From: Abditibacteriaceae bacterium
Lineage (GTDB): Bacteria; Armatimonadota; Abditibacteriia; Abditibacteriales; Abditibacteriaceae
Assembly (NCBI GenBank): GCA_031425655.1
Contig: JANPJS010000037.1
Coordinates: 1-41,368, forward strand
Direction: 5' to 3'
DNA length: 41,368 bases
Of the stretch, positions 7,842 to 18,200 are shown in pieces. The stretch's first letter is position 1, and every line of letters begins with the position of its first letter. Made by a program: the position numbers and the translations under genes. The notes below the pieces were generated by a model that saw only the letters and a list, made by a program, of their open reading frames with translations, searched no databases and was not told the DNA's origin.

Positions 7842-9614
7842 CTATTCGATAGGCTTAAAGAAGGGTTGGTTCTCCTGCTTCAAGTCGCCAAGGTCTTTCA
7901 CTTCGGACACGCGAGGGACATGCCTAATATCAACTCCACGAATACCCGAATCTTCCTCGCAAACAACAAATATTGGACACCAAACCACATAATAATCATA
8001 ACCCTTAGCATTTTTTGGATCCTCAAACCTTAACTCAGTTTCTTTTTGGACCACATACAAATTCGCTCTATTTGTATCAGCTATCACGCCCATGAGATCA
8101 TCAAGATGATTTGGCGCTCTCCTTGTAAAATCTACCATCCAATATCCTCCGGCTGCCGACGACGGGACGAGAGGCACCTTGTGTTCAATACCATTGAGTA
8201 AAACATTGCCCCACTTGGTCCCATAACCTTTTTGCTTAGTGGAAAGCGATATAGCGGAGGTGAAGGTTGTGCAATTAAACGTCTTTGCACGAAAAGACTC
8301 ATCTGTATTATCCATTGAACCAAACTTCACATCTCTACCGCAATAAGGAGCCAGCAAAAACATTTGCTCCTCAAGATCATTTTTAAAAGTTTTACCAGAG
8401 GTATCGGGACAAAATTGACCTGCTTTTTTAAGGAAGTTCCCATTCAATAGTTCTCTGAATTTATCAGGAAGCACTATCTTGGCACTTCCATCACCAACCC
8501 ATGGCATAATTTGCACTGGTGAGGGGTTAAATGGGAAGCGAGAGGTGACCTTTGCAGGGTCTATATCAGACCTGAGATTACTGAATACATAAGTTACTTT
8601 AGCTTCGATGACCCGTCCCTTACGTTCATGAAGTCCAAGGTCTGGCATTTCAATCCAGATATTGCCATTACCTATATCAAATCGAGCTTTACCAGTAACC
8701 GGTTTGCCGTCACAAGTCAGTTCATATTTTATGGGCACCTGTAACCCTTCGATGGTCGGAGGCACAATCGCATTAACGGAGCGAACTTCTCTGAAAAATC
8801 CTCTCTTGCTATTTGGGTCTTTTTTCGGTTGCTGAAACTGCTGCCAATCCTCATCGGTGAATTTCTTGGTGTCCACTGCAAAAGTCATTTGCTTGACACG
8901 ATATTCACGAATCGGATCCCTGTCGCGATAAAGCTCCTTAGGGTCTTTACACTGTGCAATTTTCGCTAACAGATCCGGTGTCCACGTTATTTCTCGATTG
9001 AAGAGGTCGTCTGGCAGCCCGTTTCGATAGACAGGGCGCTGTTTTGGGGTGCTGCTTGCGCTTTGTGATCCTTGGTTATTCGCCGTGCCAGCAGTCGGAG
9101 GCTGTTCCGTCTGCGTCTGCGGCTGTTGAAGCTGAATAGCGAGGGCTTGAAACTGCCCGTCCTGCCCGTTTTCGCCCAGCACGGCGATGCCGGTGTTGGG
9201 GACAAATTGCGCCTGCGCTAAAACCACCTTTTGCCCGTTTGCCACAATGAGAATATCGGGGCGAGCCAGCTCTACGTTTTTAGGGCGCGGTGGCGCAATG
9301 GCCGACGTGCGCCCGGCGGCATTCGTGAAACTGGCGGCTAAGAAAACCAATGTCGCACCACGGCGCTCCTGAACGGTGCCACGCAACAACAATTGTTGCG
9401 CGGTGCGCGGCACGAACGCCGCCGCAAAGTCGCGCGGCAGCGCATCATTTGTGGCAGACAGTGGGGCAGGTTCCGCGCCCAATTGCGACTGAACCGGAGC
9501 AGCAAACGCCAGCAAACAAGCGCCAATCAACATGGGCACCAGAGCCGCGAGAAAACTCCAACGAGCGCAGAAACGAAGTGTGTTTTTTGTCATGGTTGTC
9601 ACCGCTGGCGTCAT
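7842..9614 (-). CDS. Secreted protein with GC-rich N-terminal domain, Q/T/S linker and AT-rich C-terminal transglutaminase-like (Cys-His-Asp) domain
   Basis: 590-aa ORF with a hydrophobic signal region. Motifs KTFNCTTFTSAI / GIEHKVPLV / GGYWMVDFT match the order and spacing of the transglutaminase-like triad. The start could be 9593. Confidence 0.6.
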   Translation of the reverse strand: MTPAVTTMTKNTLRFCARWSFLAALVPMLIGACLLAFAAPVQSQLGAEPAPLSATNDALPRDFAAAFVPRTAQQLLLRGTVQERRGATLVFLAASFTNAAGRTSAIAPPRPKNVELARPDILIVANGQKVVLAQAQFVPNTGIAVLGENGQDGQFQALAIQLQQPQTQTEQPPTAGTANNQGSQSASSTPKQRPVYRNGLPDDLFNREITWTPDLLAKIAQCKDPKELYRDRDPIREYRVKQMTFAVDTKKFTDEDWQQFQQPKKDPNSKRGFFREVRSVNAIVPPTIEGLQVPIKYELTCDGKPVTGKARFDIGNGNIWIEMPDLGLHERKGRVIEAKVTYVFSNLRSDIDPAKVTSRFPFNPSPVQIMPWVGDGSAKIVLPDKFRELLNGNFLKKAGQFCPDTSGKTFKNDLEEQMFLLAPYCGRDVKFGSMDNTDESFRAKTFNCTTFTSAISLSTKQKGYGTKWGNVLLNGIEHKVPLVPSSAAGGYWMVDFTRRAPNHLDDLMGVIADTNRANLYVVQKETELRFEDPKNAKGYDYYVVWCPIFVVCEEDSGIRGVDIRHVPRVSEVKDLGDLKQENQPFFKPIE

Positions 9615-9792
9615 CGCCCAGCCGAGATGATTTTATCCGCCAACCGACAGAGCCGCAAAAGCCAGCGACGTTTCAGGCGTTGTCGAAGGTAACGGTGTAG
9701 TGGACGCGGTAAAATGTGTGAGGCGAATCTCCGTGAAGTTTGGCATAGCAGTCGTTTTGGAGAAAAACAAGAAATTAAGCACCCCAACAATT

Positions 9793-9847
9793 GTGGCTGG
9801 AAACGCAGTTTTTAACGCAAGGCACGCCGCTGAAAGTGGGACGGTAA
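9793..9847 (+). pseudogene. Stranded second copy of the 3' end of the 982-aa gene (WLETQFLTQGTPLKVGR*)
   Basis: 55-bp diverged direct repeat of 7708-7762, ending in TAA, then GGA and the ATG of the next gene at 9864. Confidence 0.9.
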
Positions 9848-9863
9848 GGACGAACTTGCACCA

Positions 9864-11837
9864 ATGAAATTACTTTTCAAACTCGCTGGAGTATTGCTTT
9901 TGATGAGTGCCAATAATGCATACGCCGAAACCTTGCCGCCGCTGGAAGCCGGCAAAACGCCGCAGAATTTTGATGAAATGTGGGCGGGCTTCGACCCGCG
10001 CCGCGAGCCGCTGGAAACCGAGGTTCTCAAAGAATGGGAACAAGACGGTGTGGTCTGCCGCGTGGTGCGCTTCCATGTGGGCGAATTCAAAGGCGCACCG
10101 GCCAAAGTCGCGGCGTTTTATGCGTTTCCCAAAGGCGCCCAAAAGGTGCCGGGGCTGTTGCAACTGCACGGCGGCGGGCAGTCGGCCAGCTTTGACAGCG
10201 TGTTTGCCAACGCCAAAAACGGCTACGCGGCGCTGTCGCTGAACTGGGGCGGCAATAAAATGAGCTTCGGGCGCACGGGGCAAACTTACGACGGGCCGCA
10301 AACCGACTGGGGCAAGTTAGACGCGACGCACCCGCCGCAGCGCAGCAAAAACAATCACTTCGCCGGTTCGCTGGCACCCGACGAATACACGCTGGACAGC
10401 GTAACCTCGCCGCGCAATAGCAACTGGTTCTTAGTGCTTATCGCCGCGCGGCGTGCTTTAACCTTTCTGGAACAACAAAGCGAAGTGGACGGCGCGCGCC
10501 TCGGCGTTTACGGGCATAGCATGGGCGGCAAGCTCACCACCAATTTGGCGGGCATTGATAGGCGCGTGCGCGCCGCCGTGCCGTCGTGCGGTGGTTCGGG
10601 CGATGGCCCCGACTCGAAAGCCGCGCCGCTGGAACTCGCCTGCGTCTCGGATAACGCCTACATTCCGCGCATTACTTGCCCGACGCTGTGGCTTTCGCCG
10701 ACCAACGATTTTCACGCCAACATTTACAACATGGCGAAAAATTGGCGCGATTTGCCGGATGCGCGATTGCGCTTCAGCATTGCTCCGCATTTTAATCATC
10801 GCCACACCAATGAACATGCGCTGACGCAGCATTTGTGGTTTGAAGAGCACCTCAAAGGTGCCTTCAAAATGCCGCAAACGCCAAAAATCACGCTGCATTT
10901 GAACACGCCGGACGGCGTTCCGCAAGTCGTCGTCACGCCCGACACATCACTGCCGGTGCAGCGCGTGGACGTTTATTATTCGATTGATCCGCACAACCTC
11001 ACCGCCTTCTGGCGCGATGCCGGAGCCGCGAAACAAGGCGAACTCTGGACGGCGCGCTGCCGGTTGATGAGCTTGGAGCAGCCGCTTTACGCTTACGCCG
11101 ATGTGATTTACGAGACGCCCGAAGCCTACCGCAACATCGCCAATCCGCCGGGCCAAGGCAATTCGCCGGTTTTCGTGCTGAGTTCGCGCGTGCAAGTTGT
11201 TACCAGCACGCAGTTGCAGGCGGCGGGCGTCAAAGCCACCGACCAAGCCGAGCGGCTGATTGATAACGGCGCGCGCGGCTGGCACGATTGGTATCTGCTG
11301 AACTGGGCACATCCGCCGCTCTGGACCGCCACGACCCGCAAACTGAAGGACCCCAAATGGCGCGGCCCGGACGGCGCGCGGCTGGTTTTTGAAGTAAAAA
11401 CCACCACTGATAACACGCTGGTCGTCACCGTCAACACCAACGCGTGGGGCGCTTTTTCCAACAAACCCGCCGTGGATTACGTGGTCGCCAAGCCGCTCAA
11501 AGCTTCGCCGGAATGGCAGAGCGTCAGCGTGAGTTTGGACGAACTTGCCGCCAACGACCCAAAAATCACCGCGCCGCTGTCGAATTGGCGCACGGTGACC
11601 GAGTTCAGCCTCTGCCCCAGCGGCGAAGTAGTGAAAGACGGCCAAAAAGTCAAAGTCGGCGGCAAAGCGTGGGATGGTCCGCGCGAGATTCGCAACCTGC
11701 GCTGGGAAGGCGGCGAATATGCGGCAGTGCAGGCCGCAACCGGCACGCTGAGCGCTGCCGAGCGCGAGAAGGCGTTCAACGAAGCGATTAAGAAATCACT
11801 GGAACAGGAGAAAGGCGATGCAAAGCCCAAGTCATGA
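9864..11837 (+). CDS. Secreted alpha/beta-hydrolase (dienelactone hydrolase / acetyl-esterase-like), paralog of 3075-4817
   Basis: Signal peptide, PGLLQLHGGG, GHSMGG nucleophile elbow, PTNDFH, HFNHRH. Shares W..FDP and DPKW..P blocks with the 580-aa protein. Confidence 0.82.
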   Translation: MKLLFKLAGVLLLMSANNAYAETLPPLEAGKTPQNFDEMWAGFDPRREPLETEVLKEWEQDGVVCRVVRFHVGEFKGAPAKVAAFYAFPKGAQKVPGLLQLHGGGQSASFDSVFANAKNGYAALSLNWGGNKMSFGRTGQTYDGPQTDWGKLDATHPPQRSKNNHFAGSLAPDEYTLDSVTSPRNSNWFLVLIAARRALTFLEQQSEVDGARLGVYGHSMGGKLTTNLAGIDRRVRAAVPSCGGSGDGPDSKAAPLELACVSDNAYIPRITCPTLWLSPTNDFHANIYNMAKNWRDLPDARLRFSIAPHFNHRHTNEHALTQHLWFEEHLKGAFKMPQTPKITLHLNTPDGVPQVVVTPDTSLPVQRVDVYYSIDPHNLTAFWRDAGAAKQGELWTARCRLMSLEQPLYAYADVIYETPEAYRNIANPPGQGNSPVFVLSSRVQVVTSTQLQAAGVKATDQAERLIDNGARGWHDWYLLNWAHPPLWTATTRKLKDPKWRGPDGARLVFEVKTTTDNTLVVTVNTNAWGAFSNKPAVDYVVAKPLKASPEWQSVSVSLDELAANDPKITAPLSNWRTVTEFSLCPSGEVVKDGQKVKVGGKAWDGPREIRNLRWEGGEYAAVQAATGTLSAAEREKAFNEAIKKSLEQEKGDAKPKS

Positions 11838-14800
11838 AGCTCATTCGGTCACTTCTCACCTCTTTTATCGCGCTCGTTGCGTCCCTGGCGCCCTTGGTCG
11901 TCTGCGCGCAAAACGCCGTAGACCCGGACCCGAACGGCGTTTTGCTGAGGCCGATTCCCGACAAGCTGGTGGTGCTGACTTTCGACGATGCTCCGGCCAG
12001 TCATGCGACGGTGGTCGCACCGATTCTCAAGGAAATGGGTTTCGGCGGCACGATTTACGTTTGCGACTTCGATTCGTTCAAAACGCGCAAGGACTGGTAT
12101 TTGACTTATCGCGAGATGAACGCCATGCACGCGGATGGTCTGGAGATCGGCAATCACAGTTTGGGTCACCATTCTGGATACGGGCCGATGGTGGCCATGG
12201 AAGATCAGGTTCTGGCCCACGGCGGCCCACGAATGACCACGTTGTGCTGGCCGATTTACAACGTGAACTGGAACGACTGCCCGAAGCTCGCCGCGCACGG
12301 CTACACCTTCGGGCGCGGTGGTCACGAGCGGCCTTATCGGCCTACGGTGGACAATCCTTTTGATGTGCCGTCCTTTTCGATCCACGATGGCGTTCCGGTC
12401 GAGAATTTCATCAAGCAAGTTCAGCAGGCCTGTCAGGGCAGGGTAGTGGTGCTGACGTTTCACGGGGTGCCGGACATGGAGCATCCGCCGGTGAGTCTGG
12501 AACCGGCGACTTTCAGGGCGATGATGCAGTATCTAAAGGAGAACCGCTACCGCTGCATCGCCATGCGCGACATGGCTCACTATATTGATACGGCCAAGGC
12601 CGCGACGCTGCCGCGCACCGCCAACGATGCCAAAGGCGCGCCGCCCTTTGAGCGTATCAAGGACGAAAAGCCCTTCGTCGCCCCGCCTGCAAGCGATCTG
12701 CGCGAATTTCGTTTTCCCGACCTGCCGCCGGCAAGCATCGCCAAAAACAGCGTGCGCCTTACCGTTCCGTATGCCACCGATGTGACGGCGCTCGCGCCGA
12801 AAATCATTGTATCCGCCGATGCCACCGTCGCCCCGGCGTCCGGCACCGCGCGCGATTTTTCCACGCCGCAAACTTACACCGTCACCGCGCGCGATGGCTC
12901 GGCCAAAACCTACGTCGTGACGGTGCAAAAAACCGCCATCAGCGACGCCAAGGAACTGCTGGCTTTCACGCTGCCGGGCGCGCGTTCCATGGCCCTGTCG
13001 CGCAACCGCATCGCCGTAAGCGTGCCGACGACCACGGATGTGACGGCGCTGGCTCCCACGTTTACGCTGTCGCCTTTCGCCACGGCGGTTCCGGCTTCGG
13101 GAACGGCGCGCGATTTCACCGCGCCGCAGAATTACACCGTCACGGCGCAGGATAAATCGTCGCAGACAGTCACCGTGGCCGTGGTGAAAAGCGACAAGCC
13201 AAACGCCTTTGTGTGGAGCAAAGCCGAAAACGGCAACTGGAGCGATGCCACCAAATGGTCGGCTGGCGAAAGCGCGCCAGCGAGCGCCGGTCAGCCGGAT
13301 TATATTGTGAGCTTCAACCAAGGCGGTGCCTGCACGACAAAGAACGATTTGAACGCCGGATTTGTGCTGAACCAACTCGTGCTGGGAGACCGCTCCGGCG
13401 GATTGATTGTGACTGGCAACGGCCTGAGCTTCGGCCAGGAGCCAACGACCAACATTCCGCCGATGATTCATGCGGGCAAATGCCAGCGGGTGGACATCAA
13501 CGTGCCGGTCACGCTCCTGGATGATCTCACTGTGCAAACCGCCGCCGACAAAGACCCCAATTGCTTTCTCAGTTTCAACGAAGTCATCTCCGGGCCGCGT
13601 GCGTTTAGGCTGCAAAGTTCCGGCGATGCCAACGTCGCCGGTATCAACTTCCACGATGTGCATTTTGGCATTCTGCAACTCAACAACGTCAACACCTACA
13701 GCGGCGGCACCTTTATAAGTGGTGGCAAAATCAACGTCAGAAAAACCGGTGGCCTTGGCACAGGGCCGGTGACGCTGGACAGGTTCGGCACTTTGTCCAA
13801 TGAGCGCGAACTCGCCAACCCCATCGTCATCAATCAGGGCACGCTGTTTCATAGCACGCTGAGCGGCCCCGTTACGCTCAACGGCATCGCGAATCTGATC
13901 GGCAATTGCACGTTTTCCGGCACCCTGAGCGGAAACGGCGGTTTTACGATGCGGGGCACCAACGGAACCTACCTGAGCATGGTGCCGGGCGGCACCGTGA
14001 CGCTGCTGGGCGCAAGCACCTACACCGGGCCGACCACTGTTTTTCCGGGCACGCTGGTCATAAAAAAAGCGGCGGGCCTTTACAATGGCGACGCCGCGCA
14101 ATGGACGGCGGCAAACCTCACCATCCATAAGGCCGCGACGCTGCGCCTCAATGTCGGCGGCCCCGGCGAGTTCAGCGGCGAACAAATCGGCACGCTGCTG
14201 GAAAACCTCACGCGCGCGGCCAACGACAACGGCCTGATGGGCGGTGCGTTTTTGTCGCTCGACACCGCTAGCGCCACGCAACCCGTCACTATTTCGGCGA
14301 GCATCGCGGATTCCAAAGGCCCCGGCGGCGGCGCGTTTCTTTTCAAAAAATGCGGCAGCGGCGCGCTGCGTCTTGCGGGAAACAATACTTACACAGGCCC
14401 AACGGTTCTAGAAAACGGCAGCCTGATTGTCGCGTCGCTCAACAGCTACGCCAAAGGCAAGGGCAAAGCCAGCAGCAGCCTCGGAGCGCCGACCGACATC
14501 GAAAGCGGCGAAATCGTGATCGGCGAGGAAGGCAGGGACGGCGATTGCGCCATCATTTATACCGGAAGCGGCGAAAGCTCCGACCGCGTGCTGAACCTTG
14601 CAGGAAAAAACGCCACCGTGACGCTCGACCACTCAGGCACCGGCCTGCTGAAACTCACCAGCGACCTCCTGATTTCCGGCTACGGCGCCAACAAAAAAAT
14701 CGCGTTCAAAGGCGACACGGCGAGCAGCGGCGAATTCGCCGGTGCCATCAACAACCCGCACGACCGCGCGGGCAAAGCCACCACCGCCATCACCAAAAGC

Positions 14801-15073
14801 GGCACCGGCCAATGGACACTCTCCGGTGCAAACGCCTTCAGCGGCCCCGTCACCATCACCGGCGGCACCCTTGCCATCGCCAGCGAGCGCAGCCTTGGCC
14901 CGAAGAGCGAAGTAACTATCAGCAACGGCGCGAGCCTCGAATTGAACTTCCAGAGCCAACTCAAAGTTCATAGGCTCACTCTCGATGGCAAAGAACAGCC
15001 TGCGGGAGTGTATTCCTCGGCCAACGCCGCCGGTTTTATCAAAGGAACCGGCTCGCTAAGCGTCTTGCCTTGA
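11834..15073 (+). CDS. Polysaccharide deacetylase (NodB/CE4-like) + two Ig-like repeats + autotransporter-associated beta-strand repeats; no visible beta-barrel
   Basis: VVLTFDD, EIGNHSLGH and VLTFHGV deacetylase motifs; two VP..TDVTALAP...PASGTARDF..PQ.YTVTA.D repeats; several K.G.G.L.L.G.NTY.G.T....G.L repeats. Confidence 0.88.
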   Translation: MKLIRSLLTSFIALVASLAPLVVCAQNAVDPDPNGVLLRPIPDKLVVLTFDDAPASHATVVAPILKEMGFGGTIYVCDFDSFKTRKDWYLTYREMNAMHADGLEIGNHSLGHHSGYGPMVAMEDQVLAHGGPRMTTLCWPIYNVNWNDCPKLAAHGYTFGRGGHERPYRPTVDNPFDVPSFSIHDGVPVENFIKQVQQACQGRVVVLTFHGVPDMEHPPVSLEPATFRAMMQYLKENRYRCIAMRDMAHYIDTAKAATLPRTANDAKGAPPFERIKDEKPFVAPPASDLREFRFPDLPPASIAKNSVRLTVPYATDVTALAPKIIVSADATVAPASGTARDFSTPQTYTVTARDGSAKTYVVTVQKTAISDAKELLAFTLPGARSMALSRNRIAVSVPTTTDVTALAPTFTLSPFATAVPASGTARDFTAPQNYTVTAQDKSSQTVTVAVVKSDKPNAFVWSKAENGNWSDATKWSAGESAPASAGQPDYIVSFNQGGACTTKNDLNAGFVLNQLVLGDRSGGLIVTGNGLSFGQEPTTNIPPMIHAGKCQRVDINVPVTLLDDLTVQTAADKDPNCFLSFNEVISGPRAFRLQSSGDANVAGINFHDVHFGILQLNNVNTYSGGTFISGGKINVRKTGGLGTGPVTLDRFGTLSNERELANPIVINQGTLFHSTLSGPVTLNGIANLIGNCTFSGTLSGNGGFTMRGTNGTYLSMVPGGTVTLLGASTYTGPTTVFPGTLVIKKAAGLYNGDAAQWTAANLTIHKAATLRLNVGGPGEFSGEQIGTLLENLTRAANDNGLMGGAFLSLDTASATQPVTISASIADSKGPGGGAFLFKKCGSGALRLAGNNTYTGPTVLENGSLIVASLNSYAKGKGKASSSLGAPTDIESGEIVIGEEGRDGDCAIIYTGSGESSDRVLNLAGKNATVTLDHSGTGLLKLTSDLLISGYGANKKIAFKGDTASSGEFAGAINNPHDRAGKATTAITKSGTGQWTLSGANAFSGPVTITGGTLAIASERSLGPKSEVTISNGASLELNFQSQLKVHRLTLDGKEQPAGVYSSANAAGFIKGTGSLSVLP

Positions 15074-15109
15074 AGGAGAAACCGCCCCCTTTGGCGCGAA
15101 ACTCATTCC

Positions 15110-15208
15110 CCTCTGGCGGACGGGAATCTCTGGAACAAAGAAGGACTGCCCGCTGCGCCGTTTCGCAGCGATACCAAGTCCGCGCCGCAGAAACTTCCCA
15201 AGCAATAA
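15110..15208 (+). pseudogene. Orphan 3' end of a sialate O-acetylesterase-family gene
   Basis: My translation from 15110 is PLADGNLWNKEGLPAAPFRSDTKSAPQKLPKQ*, matching the family's terminal NL.N..GLPA.PFR.D motif. Confidence 0.72.
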
Positions 15209-15232
15209 TCCCGCTGCCGAGCAATAAACTTT

Positions 15233-18200
15233 ATGAAATTCAACACATCACTTGCCATTCTAATTGCCTGCGCTCTCTCCTCAGTCGCGTGGGCCGATGT
15301 CGTTTCGACTGCCGACAAGGACGGTGACTTTATGGCGGCGGCCAATTGGGGCGGGATTGATCCCAAGTCCAAGCCGGAGGAGACCTTTGTGGTGTCTGCG
15401 GGCCACAAGCTGTTGCTCAAGACGGGCAGCAAGGATTCGAGATGGCCGGTCAAGACCGTGGTGGTCAGTAAGGGCGCAGTGCTGGGCGTGGAGGCAAATC
15501 CCGCGTTCGATTGCTCTGGCAAAACCGTGGTGCTGGATGGCGGCGAACTGAACATGGAGCGCGGATTAGTCAAGAACTTGACGTTGGAAGTCCGCGCTGG
15601 CTCGCTGCGTGCGGCTTTGGGCGGCTTCGATGGTGGCAAAGTCGTGGGCAAAGGCGCGCTGGAAATCGTGCGCGGGCCGGGAAACGTCCGCACGCTGACG
15701 CTGCATGATGTGGATTTTGGCGGCTATGCGGGAAAAATCGTGGTGGGCGAGAACATGAAAGGCACCACCACGCTCCTGCTTACGGGCAGCAGCCGGAATC
15801 TGCACGCCGCCCAAATGGAAATCAGTCCGCCGAACCGTCAGGGTTTCAGGGTTCACTTTGCCGATGGCGTCAATATGCTCGGTTCGTTCGTGAACAAAAG
15901 CCGCTTTGTCAGGCTGAATCTGGGCAACAGCGCCTGCACTTTCGCAAATGGCTCATCGCTGGGGCCACAGGCGGCGGTGTTATTGCCGGGCGTCTATACG
16001 CCAGCTTCGACCTCCGACTACTCGCAGATTCCGCTGCTCAAAGGCGGCTTTGCCGATCTCAAAGAGACGTTTGAACCGGAATCCCTCGAAGGTTCCACCA
16101 TCACCATTTTGCCGCCAGCGGAGCAGAAGCCGCTCTATCGCATTGACGCGGGCAGCACGCTCACGCTGAAGGAGGGCGTCAGCGATTTTTCCGCCGCCGG
16201 TTCCGAACTGTTGCTGAACGGCGGCGTGCTCCAAGCCTCTGGCAAACGCAGCATCACGGGCCGGGTTCAGCTTTTGAACCACTCCGTTGTCATCAGCGAC
16301 GAGGAGTTGGTTTTTGCCAAAGGAGCGCTGAGCGGCTCTGGCAACCTTCGTCTGGCGGGCAAAGGGGGGCGGATTGTCTTCGAGAAAGAGTTCAATCTGC
16401 AAGGCTTCGTCGGCACGATCATCACCGAGGGACTGGCGGGGCCGACAGAACTTATCTTTCGCAGCGGCGGCTGGGGCAGCGCCAAGCTCTTGCTCAACGG
16501 CAAGACACCGGTGCTGGTGAGTGGCGGCGATTCGTTGCAAACCCTGGGCAGCTTCGCCATCGCCAGCGACAAGGCAAAATTCGATCTCGGCAAAGGCACG
16601 GCGGTCGTCGCGGCGGGCAGCCGTGTCGGCGACAAAACGCTGGCTGCGGGCCTTTACACTGCCGCCAACAGCGAAGGCTTCAAAAAAGTGCCCGTGACGT
16701 GGAGCGAGCGCGTAAACAAAGCCGATGTTTTTCGCAGCGGCACGATTGATTTGAGTCCGCATCTCGCAGGCAACGCGTCGGCGACTTCGGCAACGCTGGC
16801 AGTGGTGGAATTACAACGCGTCGTCTCGACGGCAACAGCGGGCAGCATCGGCAGTCCCGGCAGTTGGGGCGGTTTGAATCCCAATTTGCTGACGGCCACG
16901 CAGTATGAAATCGCCAGTGGGCATACGCTCAACGTGGGCACCGAGAATTGGCAAGCAAGCGAACTGGCGATAGCCAAAAACGGCGCACTTTCGCTGGATA
17001 ACGACCTTGCTCTGGGTGGCCGCAGCCTCGCTTTTCATGGCGGCACGTTGCAATGCGAAGCGGCGCAGGCGCGCACGATTGACGGCGACCTGCTGATTTT
17101 CGACGACCATCTTCTAAAGGACGAATACCACGGCACGCTGCTGCTCAATGGCGGCGACGTGACCGTGAAAGGCTGCGTGGTCGGCGCTCGCAACAAGCAG
17201 TCCGCGCTCGACATTCGCCGCACCAAACCCGGCGCGATAAGGCTGACCATCGCTGGCGACATGGCCAAAGTCGCGCCGACCGGCGTGGGCTACGATGTGA
17301 CGGTCACTGACTTTGCCGGCCACCTCGACTTGGTGTGGAGCCAAGGCGCGCTCAACGAAGGCTACGTGGTGTTTCAGCCGAAATCGGGCACCGTCAGTTC
17401 CAGCAAAGGCTTCAATTCACCGCGTGGCACGCTGCGTTTGCCTGCCAACAACGCGGTGAAGCTGGACCTAAAAAACGCGACGAACACCTTTCAAATCGGC
17501 ACTGCCGTCGGTGGCGTTTTCATCGAACGCGGCCTGTGGAATGAGGCCAATACCGCCGGTTTCACGCAGGTGCCGGAGTGCAACACCAGCCGCAAAGTGG
17601 ACATCACGCCGTATCTTCTGAACACCAAAGGCGCCGCCCTTGCGATCAGCAATCCCAGTGCTGGCGTGACTGGCAAAGAAGACGACTTCGACATGGATCA
17701 AATCTTCGCGCCGGAAGTGGCTTTCAATCCCGAAACGCTCCAGCAGCTTCGTGGGCAGTTCACCGAAGAGTTGGTCGCGCCTTATCGCAAGGCCCTGCAA
17801 ACCAAGACCCCGTATCACATGGTCATGGGCAAGGTGTTTTCGCACTCGGATTTCACCTACGGTATGTTCACCCACACGGTGTTCAACACGTATACCGCCT
17901 ACCGAATCCTCGACAACGACCCCGTGGTGTTTGAACGGATGATGGTGCTGGCCGATTACCTGCAACAACTGCTCACTCTCGATCGCATGGCCACCAGTTC
18001 CGAGGGCGAGCGCAAAGCAGGCTGGCCTGCTCCCGCCGAGCAATTTACCTGCGCCAGCTTCACCAGCATGACCGTGTGCGCCTTGGAAATTTGGCGCAAG
18101 GAGCTGGCACGTCCCGGTTCCGTTGACAAAAAGCTGATGGCCAAAGCCGATGCTTATCTCGATTTTGCGTGGAACCTCAACGAGCCGCAGAACCCGATGG

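Noticed and set aside
7818..9646. Inverted similarity flanking the transglutaminase-like gene (both sides translate to ILSAN)
   Set aside because: Only about 12 of 17 bases match, too short to distinguish from chance.
9650..9790. Small minus-strand frames upstream of the 590-aa gene (MPNFTEIRL..., ...FYRVHYTVTFDNA*)
   Set aside because: No recognisable motif or RBS, so I cannot tell a gene remnant from noise.
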